This document shows, in pieces, positions 1 to 13,255 of a stretch of DNA of 64,000 nt. This DNA is from Octopus vulgaris (lineage: Eukaryota). Position 1 is the stretch's first letter. Each line of letters starts with the position of its first letter. The notes beneath the pieces were generated by a model that did not search any database, was not told the origin of the DNA, and worked only from the letters and a program-made list of their open reading frames with translations. The DNA is taken from assembly GCA_951406725.2 (NCBI GenBank), contig OX597814.1, positions 7,626,001 through 7,690,000 on the forward strand, given 5' to 3'. The translations under genes were made by a program, and so were the position numbers.

Positions 1-63
1 GAGGTTAGATGAAAAGGGGAGGAGAGTTGAGCCCAAATGGCGTAAAAGAGCGAAGAGAGAAGA

Positions 64-1960
64 TTAATCCCTGTTCACGGTGCAAACGGGAGTCCGGATG
101 ACCTCTGTGCAAGGACAATCCGAACACAGACAGATGTTGCAAGGAGTGACCAGTGGAGCGGAAATGGTGTCATTGCCGAGGTGGATGTCTCGGAGGTGTT
201 CCGCGAACCGGTCAACCAAGCGGTGTCCTGTTTGTCCGATATACAGGGAATGGCAGAGAGAGCAGAATATGCAATAGATGATATTTCTGGAGGTGCAGGT
301 GAAGGAGTCGATGATGCGATAGGGTCGATGATGGGTGCCGGGGAGGAGGGTGGTGTTGGAGAGGTAAGGGCAAGTGCGACAGCGTGGGCGGGAGCAGGGG
401 AACGAGCCAGGTTGGGAGGTAGGGTTGGGGAAGAAGTTAAGGACCAAGAGGACTCGTAGGTTGTGGGCTCGTTTGAAGGAGGAGAGGGGTCTGTTAGGGA
501 AGATGTGTGAAGTGGACGGGTTGGACTGGAGATGCCGGAAAGCTCGGAGAATGGTGCGTTGGAGAGGTAGGGTGGTGGGGTGGTAGGTGAGGGGAAAAGG
601 GAGCGGGGAGACTTCAGGGTGGGGTGGGGGTGGGGGAGAACAGATGCACGGTCTACGGAGCGTGCTCTGACAAGGGCGGTGTGGATAGTGGTGGGGATAT
701 CCACGTAAGATGAAGTGGCAAAGTCTCAAAGTCATGGTCATCACTATAGAGCCTGCGTAGATGGAGGAATTGGGAATAGGGGATGGAAAGCTTGGTGTAT
801 TTGGGGTGGGAGGAGAAGTTTAGGTATGAGTGTGAGTCTGTATGTTTGTAGTGGATGGAGGTGGTAAGAGTAGAGTGATGAATGCTGACCGAAATGTCAA
901 GAAAGGAGACAGAGGTGTCAGAGATAGTGCAGGAGAAGTGGAGGGCAGGATGGAAAGATTTGACGAAAGAGAGGAAGGAGTCTTGATGTTCGCGGGAGAG
1001 TGAGGTGGCACCGATACAGTCGTCAATATAACGGCCATATAGTTCGGGAGTGGGACCAGTGAAACTAGAGAATATTTGGGCCTCAACATAGCCAACGAAC
1101 AGGTTCGCATAGTTGGGGCCCATTCTCTTCTCCATGGTCACTCCCGAGACCTGCTGGTAAAACTCGCCCGCGAACGAGAAGCAGTTGAGTGAGAGGACAA
1201 GTTCGGCCAGACGAACGAGTGTGGAGGTGTAAGGCTGGGAAGTGTTTCAGTGAATGCAGCCCCTCGTTGCGAGGGATCACAGTGTAGAGTCTCTGGATGT
1301 CCATTATAAGGAGAAGTTTGGAGGGAAGGAGAAAGAGCTGAATAGACGAAGAGCATGGTTTGTGTCATGGATGTGACAAGGAAGAGAAGCCACTAGGGGG
1401 TGCAAGGATACGGTCGAGATATTTGGAGATAAGCTCGGTGGGGCAGTTACAGGCGGTGACGATGGGGCGGCCAAGGTTGTTGGGTTTGTGGATTTGGGGG
1501 AGGAAGTTAATGGTGGGGATGCGGGGAGTTCGGACAATGATGTTGGATGCGGTGTGGGGGAGGTGGGAGGACGAGATGAGGTCATGGATGGTTGAGGAGA
1601 CCGTCTATTGGTAGCTGGGCGTGGGGTCAGACGACAGAGGGCAGTAGAAGGAGGTGTCATGGAGTTGGCAGAGAGCTTCGGCCTTGTAGAGGTCCACATG
1701 CCATACCACCACAGCTCCACCCTTGTTGGCCGGTTTAATAACGATGTCAGTGTGCCGTCGGAGGGATCGAAGAGCCGAGAGTTTGGCTGGGGAGATGTTG
1801 AGACGATGGGAACACCTGGAGAAGTTGAACCGCTCTAAAGTGCACTGACAGACGCCCGAGAAAAGATCCACTGCTTGGAACTGGCCAGGAGCAGGCGTCC
1901 ACTGGGATGGTTGGCGGACCAGGTGAGTGAAGCAGTCCTCCTCGTTTGATGCGGGTGGAT
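64..1960 (-). mobile_element. Penelope-like retroelement (RT + GIY-YIG endonuclease), frameshifted
   Basis: ORF pieces carry MGPNYANLFVG and the RT motif YGRYIDDC, a CxxxxCxxC linker (CSRPRCRTC) and GIY-YIG NIIYCIFC...LYIGQTGHRLVDRFAEH; several frameshifts. Confidence 0.9.
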
Positions 1961-1986
1961 AAGGGTTATTTAGTGTGCACTTTTCC

Positions 1987-2028
<42 letters not shown>

Positions 2029-2269
2029 ATATATCTATAGATCTATATATATACATTTATTTGCATACATAAATTTAAATTTAAATTAATAAGGGTGAAC
2101 AATTTAATATTAATTTGATTCGTATCAATTTAAAACCAGTGGTGTAGCATATAAGACCATAGTGGATCTTCTTCTAGCAGAATGGATGTCCAGTAACAGT
2201 TCACCCCTGCTATATAATAGTTTCATTTTAATAGTTTCAGTATTAAAGTGAAAGTATCAGACATTACAG

Positions 2270-2500
2270 TAGAGATATGTTTTTGTTTCACTTTTAACAC
2301 GTAATACTGAAATAGTGGAGGAAATATGATATTGCTGTGGGCTCGCCCTAGAGAAGAAGTTAGAATTGTTTTTGCCCTAGACACTACATGGACCCTAAGT
2401 AAGGCATTTGTAAAATTTGAATGAAATTGGTTGTGTAGTTCTCAAGTTTTAGGGATTCACAGACAGACACACATTCTCAGTTTTATATATATATAAAGAT
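2270..2500 (+). mobile_element. 3' end of a Helitron/HINE-like non-autonomous element (tentative)
   Basis: Ends acagacagacacacattctcagttttatatatat, resembling the end at ~34700 (catttcagttttatatatagat); family assignment is from recall. Confidence 0.4.
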
Positions 2501-2522
2501 ATTAATTATTAAAATATAACAT

Positions 2523-2526
<4 letters not shown>

Positions 2527-2616
<90 letters not shown>

Positions 2617-2640
2617 TGTATGTATGTATGTATATGTATA
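2527..2640. repeat. (TA)n/(TATG)n microsatellite
   Basis: Directly visible. Confidence 0.95.
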
Positions 2641-2929
2641 TATTGGTGAAAAGAAAAAAAATCCTCATGAGGACGTTTCGCTTGAACTTTATGAATTAAG
2701 AAGAACTGTATGCGAAAAGCCATAGTATAACTGTGTGTGTGTTATATATTTATATACATGTACATTTGTATGCATATATATATGTATGTATATATATATT
2801 TGTTTGTGTGGATTGTAGTTTGTTTATATTATATTGTATCGTAATATTTGATATGTTAGAATCTATTATAATACGTATTGTCAAGTGAAGATTACTCCAA
2901 ATATAATAATATTGTTATTATTGATAAAC

Positions 2930-2934
2930 ATAAC

Positions 2935-3019
<85 letters not shown>

Positions 3020-3025
3020 TTAATA
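2930..3025. repeat. (AAT)n microsatellite
   Basis: Directly visible. Confidence 0.95.
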
Positions 3026-3302
3026 ATTGATTATTATTTATATGATCACAAGAGTAGACGTGTTGATCTGTTCCAGTATATGTATATATTTGTTTATGAC
3101 GATTGGTGTATTTACTTGGACCTATTGTGTAATTGTGTTTATTTATGTATTTTACACATGTAAAAGTATATACACTCTACTTATGTATGTATATGTATAT
3201 CAATAAGTTTATATGGGTATTTGTTCATATTTTTTATTTATATTAAATAATACGTGTATCATGTTTCATGTATTAATATTAATATTTTTAAAGTTCCTTA
3301 TA

Positions 3303-3437
3303 ACCTCTGACAAGGCCTATGGTTATATATATAAATACCCTATTTTTAAATGCCTACAACCTCAATATATGGACAACTATAAGCAATAAAAATTAAAATA
3401 AGTAATTTTAACCATAGTCTGAAACAGCTGTAAGAAG
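3303..3437 (+). ncRNA. Degenerate type-I hammerhead ribozyme with a long stem-II insert
   Basis: CTGACAA (3307-3313), GGCCTATGGTTA...TAACCATAGTCT, GAAAC-AGCT-GTA (3421-3432); palindromic ACAGCTGT stem III. Confidence 0.6.
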
Positions 3438-3524
3438 TGATTTTAATGATTTCAATATTTTATTATGATTTTTATAATTTATATTCTTATCTTATATGTA
3501 TTGAATTATAAGATGATGGCTGCT

Positions 3525-5850
3525 TATAAATGCCAAAACCTTCCCAGGTGAAGAATGTACCCCACAACATAGACTGGTAGTTAGTGACTTCAGGATCAGG
3601 GCTAAGAGGACGATCAGAAGACAACCAACATGGAGAAGAAGGATCTGGAAGCTTAAAGATCCTGCGAATGGACAGAGATTTAGGGACATATTACTTGAAG
3701 CCTTTGACGAAATAGAAGGGGATATAGCTTCACATGGGGTAGAAGACAACTGGAGGTTTCTAAAGGACAACCTGCTGAGAGCCACTGACCAGATCTGTGG
3801 ATGGTGCAAAGTCCCCTCAAGACACAAAATAACGTGGTGGTGGAACAATATTTGTTGATAGGGCTATTATACAAAAGAAACAGGCATGGAAGGACTGGAA
3901 GAACGGTGGTAGCAGGGAATTGTATCAGACTACCAGAAGGAAAGCTAGGAGGCAGGTGTATTTAGCCAGAGGGGAAGCAGATAAGAAAAAATTTGCCAAT
4001 GTTCTGTGCCATGAGGACGAAAGACTTGAGGTATTTCGTGTTGCAAGACAGTGTGTGAGAGAGAATCGTGATGTGGTAGGAAAGAAATGTGTTCGCATGG
4101 ATGATGGTTCACTTGCGCTGAATGAGGATGCAAAGAGAGAGGCTTGGAGATGCCACTATGAAAGGTTGCTGAATAAAGAGTATGAGCGGGATAAAGAGAG
4201 TCTGCTGAATGTTGACCCAACAGAGGGACCAGCTATCCGTGTTGACAGTTCCTTGGTAGTCAAGGCAATTAGAAGCATGAAGACAGGGAAAGCCCCAGGC
4301 CCATCAGGTATCACTGCAGAGATGCTCAAAATATCTGGTAGTGTCGGCTATAGCATAGTCACCCGTATAGTTAACCAGGTGATACACGAAGGAGTCATAC
4401 CCAATGACTGGTGTAGTAGCATAATAGTCAACTGCTACAAAGGTAAAGGTGACGCCCTAGATACAAGTAATTACAGAGGTATCAAGCTGTTAGATCAGGT
4501 AATGAAGGTTACGGAGTGGGTCATAGCCCAACTGATTAGGGAGAGAGTCAACTTGGACGAGATGCAGTTCGGTTTCGTGCCAGGGAAAAGCACCACTGAT
4601 GCCATATTTCTGGTGAGACAGCTGCAGGAGAAATACCTAGCCAAAGATAAACCTCTATACCTGGCTTTCGTTGACTTGGAGAAAGCCTTTGACAGGGTTC
4701 CCCGATCCCTTTTCTGGTGGTCAATGAGGAAACTAGGGATAGATGAATGGTTAGTGAGAGCTGTGCGAGCCATGTACAGGGACGCTGTTAGTAAGGTGAG
4801 GGTTGGCAACGAGTACAGTGAAGAATTTTGGGTAGAGGTAGGGGTCCACCAAGGCTCAGTCCTCAGCCCCCTCCTATTTATCATAGTCCTCCAAGCAATA
4901 ACGGAGGAATTCAAGACAGGATGCCCATGGGAGCTCCTCTATGCTGACGACCTTGCTCTAATTGCTAAATCACTATCAGAACTCGAGGTGAAGTTTCAGG
5001 TGTGGAAGCAAGGATTAGAATCGAAGGGCCTTAGAGTCAATCTAGCTAAAACCAAAGTCCTAATAAGTAGGAAGGTAGACAAATCACAAATTCCTTCAGG
5101 TTGATGGCCCTGCTCGATCTGTAGAAAAGGCGTAGGTAGGAACTCTATAAGTTGCACCAAGTGTAGGCTATGGACACATAAGAGGTGCAGCAATGTCAAC
5201 GATAGTTTTTGTATGTGGCAGATGCTCTGGTGCAATAAACACGGAAAATGCGCAGAGACCATCTTCTTCCACATTCCAGGGAGGAAAACTAGAAATAGTT
5301 GATAGTTTCCGTTACCTAGGTGATCAAGTCAGTAGAGGGGGCAGGTGTGCTGAAAGTGTAACTGCTAGAGTAAGAATAGCATGGGCAAAGTTCAGAGAGC
5401 TCTTACCTCTGCTGATGACAAAAGGCCTCTCCCTCAGCGTAAAAGACAGACTGTATGATGCATGTGTACGAACAGCCATGCTACATGGCAGTGAAACATG
5501 GGTTGTGACTGCTGAGGACATGCGTAAGCTTGCAAGAAATGAAGCCAGTATGCTCCGTTGGATGTGTAATGTCAGTGTTCATATCCAACAGAGTGTAAGT
5601 GCCTTGAGAGAAAAGTTGGACCTAAGAAACATCAGATGTGGTGTGCAAGAGAGACGTCTACGCTGGTATGACACGTGGTAAGAATGGATGAAGATAGTTG
5701 TGTGCGAAAGTGCCACACCCTAGCGGTTGAGGGAACCTGTGGAAGAGGTAGACCCAGGAAAACCTGGGACAAGGTGGTGAAGCATGACTTTCGCTCTTTA
5801 GGTCCCACCGAGGAAATGACTAGAGACCGAGACCTTCGGAAATATGCTAT
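3525..5850 (+). mobile_element. RTE-clade LINE, 5'-truncated, with an interrupted RT ORF (3920-5104 and downstream pieces)
   Basis: GKAPGPSG, NYRGIKLL, QFGF, AFVDLEKAFD, GVHQGSVLSP, LLYADDL and C-terminal GRGRPRKTW. Confidence 0.95.
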
Positions 5851-6023
5851 GCTTTATAATATATTTTATTTTTCATTTATGATTTGGTTTACGTCTATCA
5901 TTGTTTGAATTACATAATAGTGGTTTTTCTCTAATTTTCATATATTGTATATTTATATTGTGAAATTTGATTTAATACTAAATTAATACTGTAAGTTTGG
6001 AGTTATACTCCCTATTATCATCA

Positions 6024-6058
<35 letters not shown>

Positions 6059-6316
6059 TTACTTCTTTCTTCAAACTCTCTTCCGTTTCTCGCCGAGTGT
6101 TTTCCGTACACCTAGGACAGAGAAGCTCATTGTATGCATTCCCAGGTTACACACACAATTCGAGACACGTGTGATTCGAACTGAATAGCACGTGTCTCGA
6201 ATGGGCTGGAGAATTTGTATTTTGGATATATTTGGGGTACTTAATTGTGCTAATGACTTAGTGTTTGCTTCTTCCATGGGTATGAGTAAGTATTTCATTT
6301 ATTTTCTTTACCACAT

Positions 6317-6370
6317 TTATCACTGACGAAAGGAGGGTTCTTATGAACTAACCCTGAAATCAGTCCGATA
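6317..6370 (+). ncRNA. Degenerate hammerhead motif
   Basis: CTGACGA (6323-6329), stem II AGGGTT/AACCCT, GAAAtCAGTC, flanked by TATC/GATA. Confidence 0.5.
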
Positions 6371-6609
6371 TGGTAATAACGGAATTTTTTAGAAATTTCT
6401 GTCGACCTTTTTCGAGTAATGTGCTTATTGTAATAAATTGAATGGTTATGGACAATGTGTCTAGTTTCGGCATATTTGGCATTAGAAATTTTTTCGTTTG
6501 CGCTTATTTATAAGTTGTTTATAAATTTAACCTTTAAAGGTATTTTTTAATATGCTGGCCATTGATAACATTTTTTTAGAAAAATTTTATCCTACATTAG
6601 ATGTATATA

Positions 6610-6892
6610 ACCTCACCTGGCCCCCGTGCCGGTGGCACATAAAAAGCACCATCCGATCATGGCCGTTTGCCAGCTTCATCTTGCACCTGTGCTGGTGGCA
6701 CGTAAAAAGCACCCACTACACTCATGGAGTGGTTGGCGTTAGGAAGGGCATCCAGCCATAGAAACATTGCCAGATCAGACTGGAGCCTGGTGCAGCCTTC
6801 TGGCTTCCCAGACCCCAGTTGAACCGTCCAACCCATGCCAGCATGGAAAGCGGACGCTAAACGATGATGATGATGATGATGATGATGATGAT
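6610..6892 (+). mobile_element. RTE 3'-UTR fragment or RTE-tail SINE with (GAT)n tail
   Basis: ggttggcgttaggaagggcatccagc...catggaaagcggacgctaaacgatgatg; the same sequence follows the RTE ORF ends at 20972 and 48018. Confidence 0.85.
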
Positions 6893-6935
6893 ATATATAT
6901 ACATACATACATATATATATACATATTTATACATA

Positions 6936-8090
6936 TATGTGGTCTGATCAATAAGTATCCGGACTGTTGCCACAGTAACAAAGCTAAAGTATGCAGAGTG
7001 AAGTGCCTTGGCACAGATTGACCTTGAACTCTACTCTGCATGCATACTAAGTTTTAATGCTCTATCTCACTTTTGCTGTTTATTGCAGTGCTTGGGAGGA
7101 ACATGTGTAGCATGTGATTGTTGCATTGACCATCACAAAGGCAGTCGAGCAAAAACTCATAAGATTTTGCCAAAAGCTTGGTAATGCCTGCTTGTAGACG
7201 AGTGCATGAACTGCATGCATGTGTACTAGTGGTTCAGATATTTTCAAGGCGGTGACAAAAATATCAAAAGTGATGAAAGTTTTGGGAGACCCACAACCAA
7301 CAGAACTGAGAAAAATATTGCAGATGTGCATGCAGCTGTGAGGGGAAATCCTCAAATCACCATCCATGAGTTATCAGAGGATGTTCAGGTTAGTTAGTTA
7401 CAGTTCAGTTCAGCCCATTATCACTGAAGATTTGGGTATGAGACGCGTTTCTGCCAAATTTGTGCCAAAACTGCTTTCAGCTGACCAAAAAGACACTTGG
7501 GTTTCAGTTGCTCAAGATCTCCTTGATTGGGTCGAGAACAATGGAAACGTCTTGAAAATGGTCATAACAGGTGATGGATCATGGGTCTATGGCTATGACC
7601 CTGAAACAAAGCTTATTCTTTGCAGTGTAGACTCCAACCTCTCCAAGAGAGAAGCAATGTGAAGACACTGTTGACTGTTTTCTTTGATTACAAGGGGATT
7701 GTTCATCATGACTATGCTCCAGCTGGTCAGACAGTAAACAAGCAGTACTACTATGACGTTTTGCAGTGTTTACAGGATGCTATTCCTCAGAAAAGACATG
7801 TGTCCAGTGAGTGGCAATTGCACCATGACAATATGACTGCCCACTCAGGAGTTGTTTTTGGTTAGGCACAGCACTCCCCAGGTCCAACTGCCACTGTATT
7901 CCCCAGATCTTTTTCCTCTTTCCAAATACTTGAACTGAAAAAGATTCCAGGACATCGAAGAAACCAAAGAGAATGCAATGAGGCAGCTGCAGATTATCCC
8001 AGAAAACGAGTTCCAGGAATGCTTCCATCAATGGAAACAGCACAGGATTAAGTGTGTGGCTTCTGAAGGGGATTACTCTGAAGGAGATTA
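6936..8090 (+). mobile_element. Mariner transposase pseudogene
   Basis: LGMRRVSAKFVPKLL, VITGDGSWVYGYDPETK, LTVFFDYKGIVH, LHHDN; TIR-like start ggtctgatcaataagtatccggactg. Confidence 0.9.
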
Positions 8091-8094
8091 AATG

Positions 8095-9170
8095 GATAGA
8101 CAAAAATTTCATATTCGCATTGTAATGCTTTTCTTTTTTAAAAACTGGAGAAAATCCTGCAAAGACTTGCAAAAACATTTGTGCAGCTTATGGTGATGAT
8201 GATGCTGTAGGTGAATCAACTGTTCAAAAATGGTTTGCAAAATTTAAAGCGGGAGAGTTTAGCTTGGGAGATGACAGTTGCAGTGGATGACCTTCCAAAT
8301 TGGATGAAGATGTTTTGAATGCCCAAAGATTGAAGAAAACTCAAATATCACAACTAGAGAACTTGCAGAGGAGTTGGAAGTTTCTAAAAGTATAGATCAT
8401 GAAGACCTAATGAAGCTAGAATACATTTCTCACAAACTCTCAGAAAAGAATTGCTTTTACTGGTATTCCGTTTGTGATATGTTGTTGAAACGGAATAAAA
8501 GCATGCCTTTTCTGAAACAACTTGTGATTGGAGATGAAAAATGGATTGGGTATGAAAACATAGTGCAAAAAAGATCCTGGAGTTTGTGTAAGGACTTCCC
8601 CAAAACAGCAACCAAAGACAAATAACCATGCCAAAACAGCTATGCTTTGTGTTTAGTGGGATCATCATCATCATCATCATCATTTAGCGTCCGCTTTCCA
8701 TGCTAGCATGGGTTGGACGGTTCAACTGAGGTCTGTGAAGCCAGAAGGCTGCATCAGGCCCAGTCTGATCTGGCAGTGTTTCTACGGCTGGATGCCCTTC
8801 CTAACGCCAACCACTCCGTGAGTGTAGTGGGTGCTTTTTACGTGCCACCCGCACAGGTGCCAGACAGAGCTGGCAAATGGCCACGGACGGATAGACCATT
8901 AATTCTGATGTGTACTCTCATTAGCTGGCTAATTTGAACCAAAAAAAAATCAAAGAATTGAAGCTGGAAATTGCCAGCAGGAAAGAGGTAATGTTCCAAC
9001 AAGACAATGCCTAGTCACATGTCTTTGGCTTTACATGAATTTGGCTGGGATCTCTTACCCCATCCCCCATAATATTCTGATATTGCACCACCTGAATACC
9101 ACTTGTTTTGTCTCTACAGAACTCATTGCAAGGAAAAACATTTAACAATTTAGATGGAAAAAAAAACTTT
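8095..9170 (+). mobile_element. Second mariner remnant, interrupted by a minus-strand RTE tail (8662-8890)
   Basis: FLKQLVIGDEKWIGYEN, QQDNA and a degenerate HPPYSPDIAP motif. Confidence 0.85.
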
Positions 9171-9189
9171 CATGAAGATTTTGCACTCT

Positions 9190-11740
9190 CTTATTTGGTA
9201 TGTCTCTAAGGATGCTAAGGGTAGAGGAGTGGCTTGTTAGAGCTGTCCAAGCCATGTACAGTGATGCTGTCAGTAAGGTGAGAGTTGGCCTTGAACACAG
9301 TGAGAAATTTAACATACAAGGTGGATTTCACCAGGGATCATTTCTTAGTTCACTCTTATTTATCCTCCAGGCCATAACAAAGGAATTCAAAAATACTACA
9401 CCCAGGACCATGCTAATAGCTTAGGAGTAAAATTTAGGATTTCTCAGTTTTCTGTGAATTGATCTTGTTAAAACTGTTCCTATCTGATTTCCACGCTATG
9501 GCAACACTATTGTTATGTTTTCGTAATTCTGTGTAATGTCCTTCCTTATGTATTTCAGATTCTTTAGTTTTGGGACAAACCATGCTAATAGTGTCTACCC
9601 TTCCTAAGGGATGTGGGGAAAAGCCTGAACAATGAAGAAAAGTCTGTCATCATCAAAGAAAGTGCTAAAGACAACCTTCTTCATGGCATCGTGGAGAAGT
9701 TAGGTCGTCATGTGGACATGGTTTGATGATTCCTGAAAAACCCTTTGACAAAGAAGAAACGATCCATTGTGGGACCTCCAAGACTGTGACAGCTAGGGAT
9801 TTTCACTCCCTCCGGACTTCCTCATGTACTGAAAGCTACCTGAAATTGTATCCTTGGGACCATGGCTCCCATGTGAGAACCCCTGAAACTGCCTCCTTTG
9901 ATGTCCCATCACAGGAGTTTGAGGCTTCTATGGGCCCCAAAATGCATGACATTAGACTTGAGTTGTGTTCTATTCACTGACAAAACCAGGGTGACCCTTG
10001 ACAAACCTGATGGTTGGGCAAATGGCGTATTTCGGAGAGGAGCATCAACAACAGGGTGGAGGAGTCATGTTGTGGGCTGGTATCACTGGGGGCACACATG
10101 TTGGCCCAGTCAGGGTGCCTCAAGAGGTTAAAGTGACTAAAGGAGGTCTTGGATCCCTGAATAGATGATATACCAGTGTCAATTCTAAGGAATCTTGTAT
10201 TCATGCATCACAATGCTCCTTCCCACCCTGTTAGGACCACTGAAACATTCCTAGGGTTTTACGGCAAACAAGGTGAAAGGTTGATTATGTGACTGTTAGC
10301 ATCTCCAGGTCTCAACCCTTTTGAAAATCTTTCGTCTGTCGTTTAATAAGATGATTTTGCCAATGAATGCCAGCTTACATTGAAAGATGTCTTATGGGCG
10401 GCCATCAAAGCTGCAGCAGAGGCTGTCCAACCTGCTACTATTAAGAAATTGACAGAATCTTTGACTAATTAGTTTTTTGAAATTATCAGTCAAAATGGTA
10501 CTCATGTGGCTAAAGAATTAATTATGTCAATAAATGTTATAATATTATTATGGTTTTCTGTTAAGTGAATACTCAATGTAGGCTTAATATGTATCATTAC
10601 CCGTCAGATTTCTGGAAAAAAAAAATGTCTAGATGGGCTATTTTCATTCAAAAGTTATTGGCATGGTTCACCCAAAAACTGAAGAATCTGAAATAAAAAA
10701 GGAAAAGACGGTACACAGAATATCGGAAACATAACAATGTCCATAGCATCTGGGAGAAGTTTCATCAAAATCGATTCACAGATAACCAAGAAATCATATA
10801 TTTCACTCCTATGCTATTTGCGTGGTTCTGGGTGTATATGTTGATGATCTTATTACAGAATCTGAAGCAGAAGTGGAGAAGTTCTGGGTCTCGAAGCAAA
10901 ACCTGGAATCAATGAGCCTGAAAGTTAACTTAGCAAAGACTAAAGTTGTTATAAGCAAGAAAGCAGACAAGACTCTCTTTCCATCAGGTAGATGGAAAAT
11001 GGTGGTGGTGGTGGTGGTGGTGGTGGTGGAGGTATGTAGGGAAGGGGTGTAAGCTATGGATGCATAAGAGATGCAGTGGAATCGTAGGTAGGTTAACAGA
11101 TGGGGTTGCTTTCATGTGTGGCAGATGCGCAGGAACAATAAGCACTAAGGGCACGAGGGACTCTGTCAAATGCCCAGGAGGCTCTCTTGAGGTAGTAAAT
11201 AGTTTCTGCTATTTAGGTGACCAGATTAGTAAAGGGGGTGGATGCTCTGAAAGTATTGTTTCTAGAATAAGAATAGGATGGAGGAAGTTCAGTAGCTGCT
11301 ACCTCTGTTGGCAACGAAAGGACTCTCAGAGTGAAAGGTAGATTGTATGATGCCTGTGTGCCAACGGCTGTATTACACGATAGGGGGACATGGGCTTTGA
11401 CTGGAGAGGAATGAACATTGTATGCTTCATTGGATTTGCAACACGAGTGTGCATGACCAACAGAGCAGAACTGTATTGAGAGAAAAGTTGGGCATAAGAG
11501 GGACTGAATGTGGCGTGCAGGAGAGGAGAATATGGTGGTTTGGACTTGTGATGTGTCTGTGTGTGAAGAAGTGCCTGTCACTGAAGGTGGATGATACCTA
11601 TGGGAGAAGGAGGCTGAGGAAGGCATGGGAGGAAGTGGTGAGGACTGATCTTAGGCTCACAGACGAAATGACAGTGGACCAAAATATTTGGCACTATGAG
11701 GCTCTACCTGCCCACATTGGCAAAACTGAGGGCTAGAAGT
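9190..11740 (+). mobile_element. Degenerate RTE LINE split by a Tc1-like element
   Basis: GFHQGSFLSSLLFILQAITKEFK precedes 9399 and YVDDL resumes at 10837; C-terminal RTE motifs continue to ~11700. Confidence 0.85.
9399..10834 (+). mobile_element. Tc1-like DNA transposon, decayed, ~190-bp IR/DR-type TIRs, TA TSD
   Basis: TA|cacccaggacc...ggttctgggtg|TA; TIRs ~9399-9590 and ~10655-10834 with the internal direct repeat ccatgctaatag; transposase remnants VLFTDKTR, FMHHNAPSH, SPGLNPFEN. Confidence 0.85.
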
Positions 11741-12123
11741 GTTGTGTCCCACCCACGTGTAACAGCAACCTTTTCACAAACCCTACCCCAAGAAACCGAC
11801 CTACATCACCTCTTCTAAATAGCGTCTTTCCCTTCCTCACATTTCCTCTTCATAAACTATGACTGTTTTCCTTTGTCACCTTTCCTGTCCTGCTCACTGC
11901 CCTGCTCACTGTTCCCTACACCCCAGCCCTATTTAATATGTACCAGTTGGGCTCTGCCTAATCATGTGGATGGGGTTTTGGTAAGCAAGAAGAATTGTTT
12001 TCTTCTTAGAATCAAATTTACAAAATCAGGAAGCAATGTCTTCCATGGCACAAAATTGGTTTATGCATTCTTATTAAATACAATACAGAATAATAGACTT
12101 TAACTGGATTTGAACTTTCAGCC

Positions 12124-12129
12124 TTTATT
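12124..12129 (-). promoter_or_regulatory. Candidate polyadenylation signal AATAAA for the PARP gene
   Basis: tttatt on the + strand just past the 3' tandem repeat, followed by U/GU-rich sequence; another AATAAA lies at 12682-12687. Confidence 0.4.
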
Positions 12130-12214
12130 TTACTTTAAGCAATAATTACTTCTAATGTAAAAAAAGATTGAAAATGTCAACATGAGATAACGATTCAGAA
12201 AATATGAAATTCAA

Positions 12215-12980
12215 TAATTTTAATGTAATAAATTTGAATAGTTTTAGTGTTACAAATCAGAAAAAGTTTAAGCGTTACAAATCATAAAAATTTTAAATGT
12301 TAGAAATTTGAATAGTTTTAGTGTTACAAATCAGAAAAAGTTTAAGCGTTACAAATCATAAAAATTTTAATGTAATAAATTTGAATAGTTTTAGTGTTAC
12401 AAATCAGAAAAAGTTTGTTACAAATCAGAAAAAGTTTAAGTGTTACAAATTTGAATAGTTTTAGTGTTACAAATCAGAAAAAGTTTAAGCGTTACAAATC
12501 ATAAAAATTTTAATGTAATAAATTTGAATAGTTTTAGTGTTACAAATCAGAAAAAGTTTAAGCGTTACAAATCATAAAAATTTTAATTGTAATAGAAATT
12601 TGAATAGTTTTAGTGTTACAAATCAGAAAAAGTTTAAGCGTTACAAATCATAAAAATTTTAATGTAATAAATTTGAATAGTTTTATTGTTACAAATCAGA
12701 AAAAGTTTAAGCGTTACAAATCAGAAAAAATTTAAATGTTAGAAATTTGAATAGTTTTAGTGTTACAAATCAGAAAAAGTTTGTTACAAATCAGAAAAAG
12801 TTCAAGTGTTACAAAAAAAGTTTAAATGTTACAAATTTGAATAGTTTAAATGTTACAAATTTAAATAGTTTAAATGTTAGAAATTTGAATAGTTTTAATG
12901 TTACAAATTTGAATAGTTTCAGTGTTACAAATGTTAATAGTTTTACTGTTACAAATCTGAACAGTTTTAGAGTTACAAAA
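12215..12980. repeat. AT-rich minisatellite (~24-bp monomer, ~73-bp higher-order unit) in the PARP 3'UTR
   Basis: Repeated gttacaaatcagaaaaagtttaagc / gttacaaatcataaaaattttaat / gtaataaatttgaatagttttagt. Confidence 0.9.
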
Positions 12981-12989
12981 GTCTTGATT

Positions 12990-13255
12990 TCAATTAGAGA
13001 ATGTAATTAAATAATGAGGATATGCCTGAGAGTCACGAACAATAACATAATTCCTGGGTCTTTGAATATTATCAACAGTGGAATTGTAAGGATCCTGTAA
13101 AACATTCAATCCATGACGTTTTTGTATCACTTTGCCCACAAGAACACTGCATTTGTATATTCTCTTTATGTTGTTATGGTCAGGAGTAGAATATTTATCA
13201 CTTGTAGAATTCTGGATGTCTGTGGTAAAGGAAACACCTTCATCAAATGCAGTGG
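12990..13255 (-). CDS. PARP14: PARP14/15-like ADP-ribosyltransferase, terminal coding exon
   Basis: Acceptor ttcttag| in phase 1; (A)TAFDEGVSFTTDIQNSTSDKYSTPD...VLVG...YNSTVDN...DSQAYPHYLITFSN* matches the macro-PARP catalytic C-terminus; exact orthology is not established. Confidence 0.9.
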
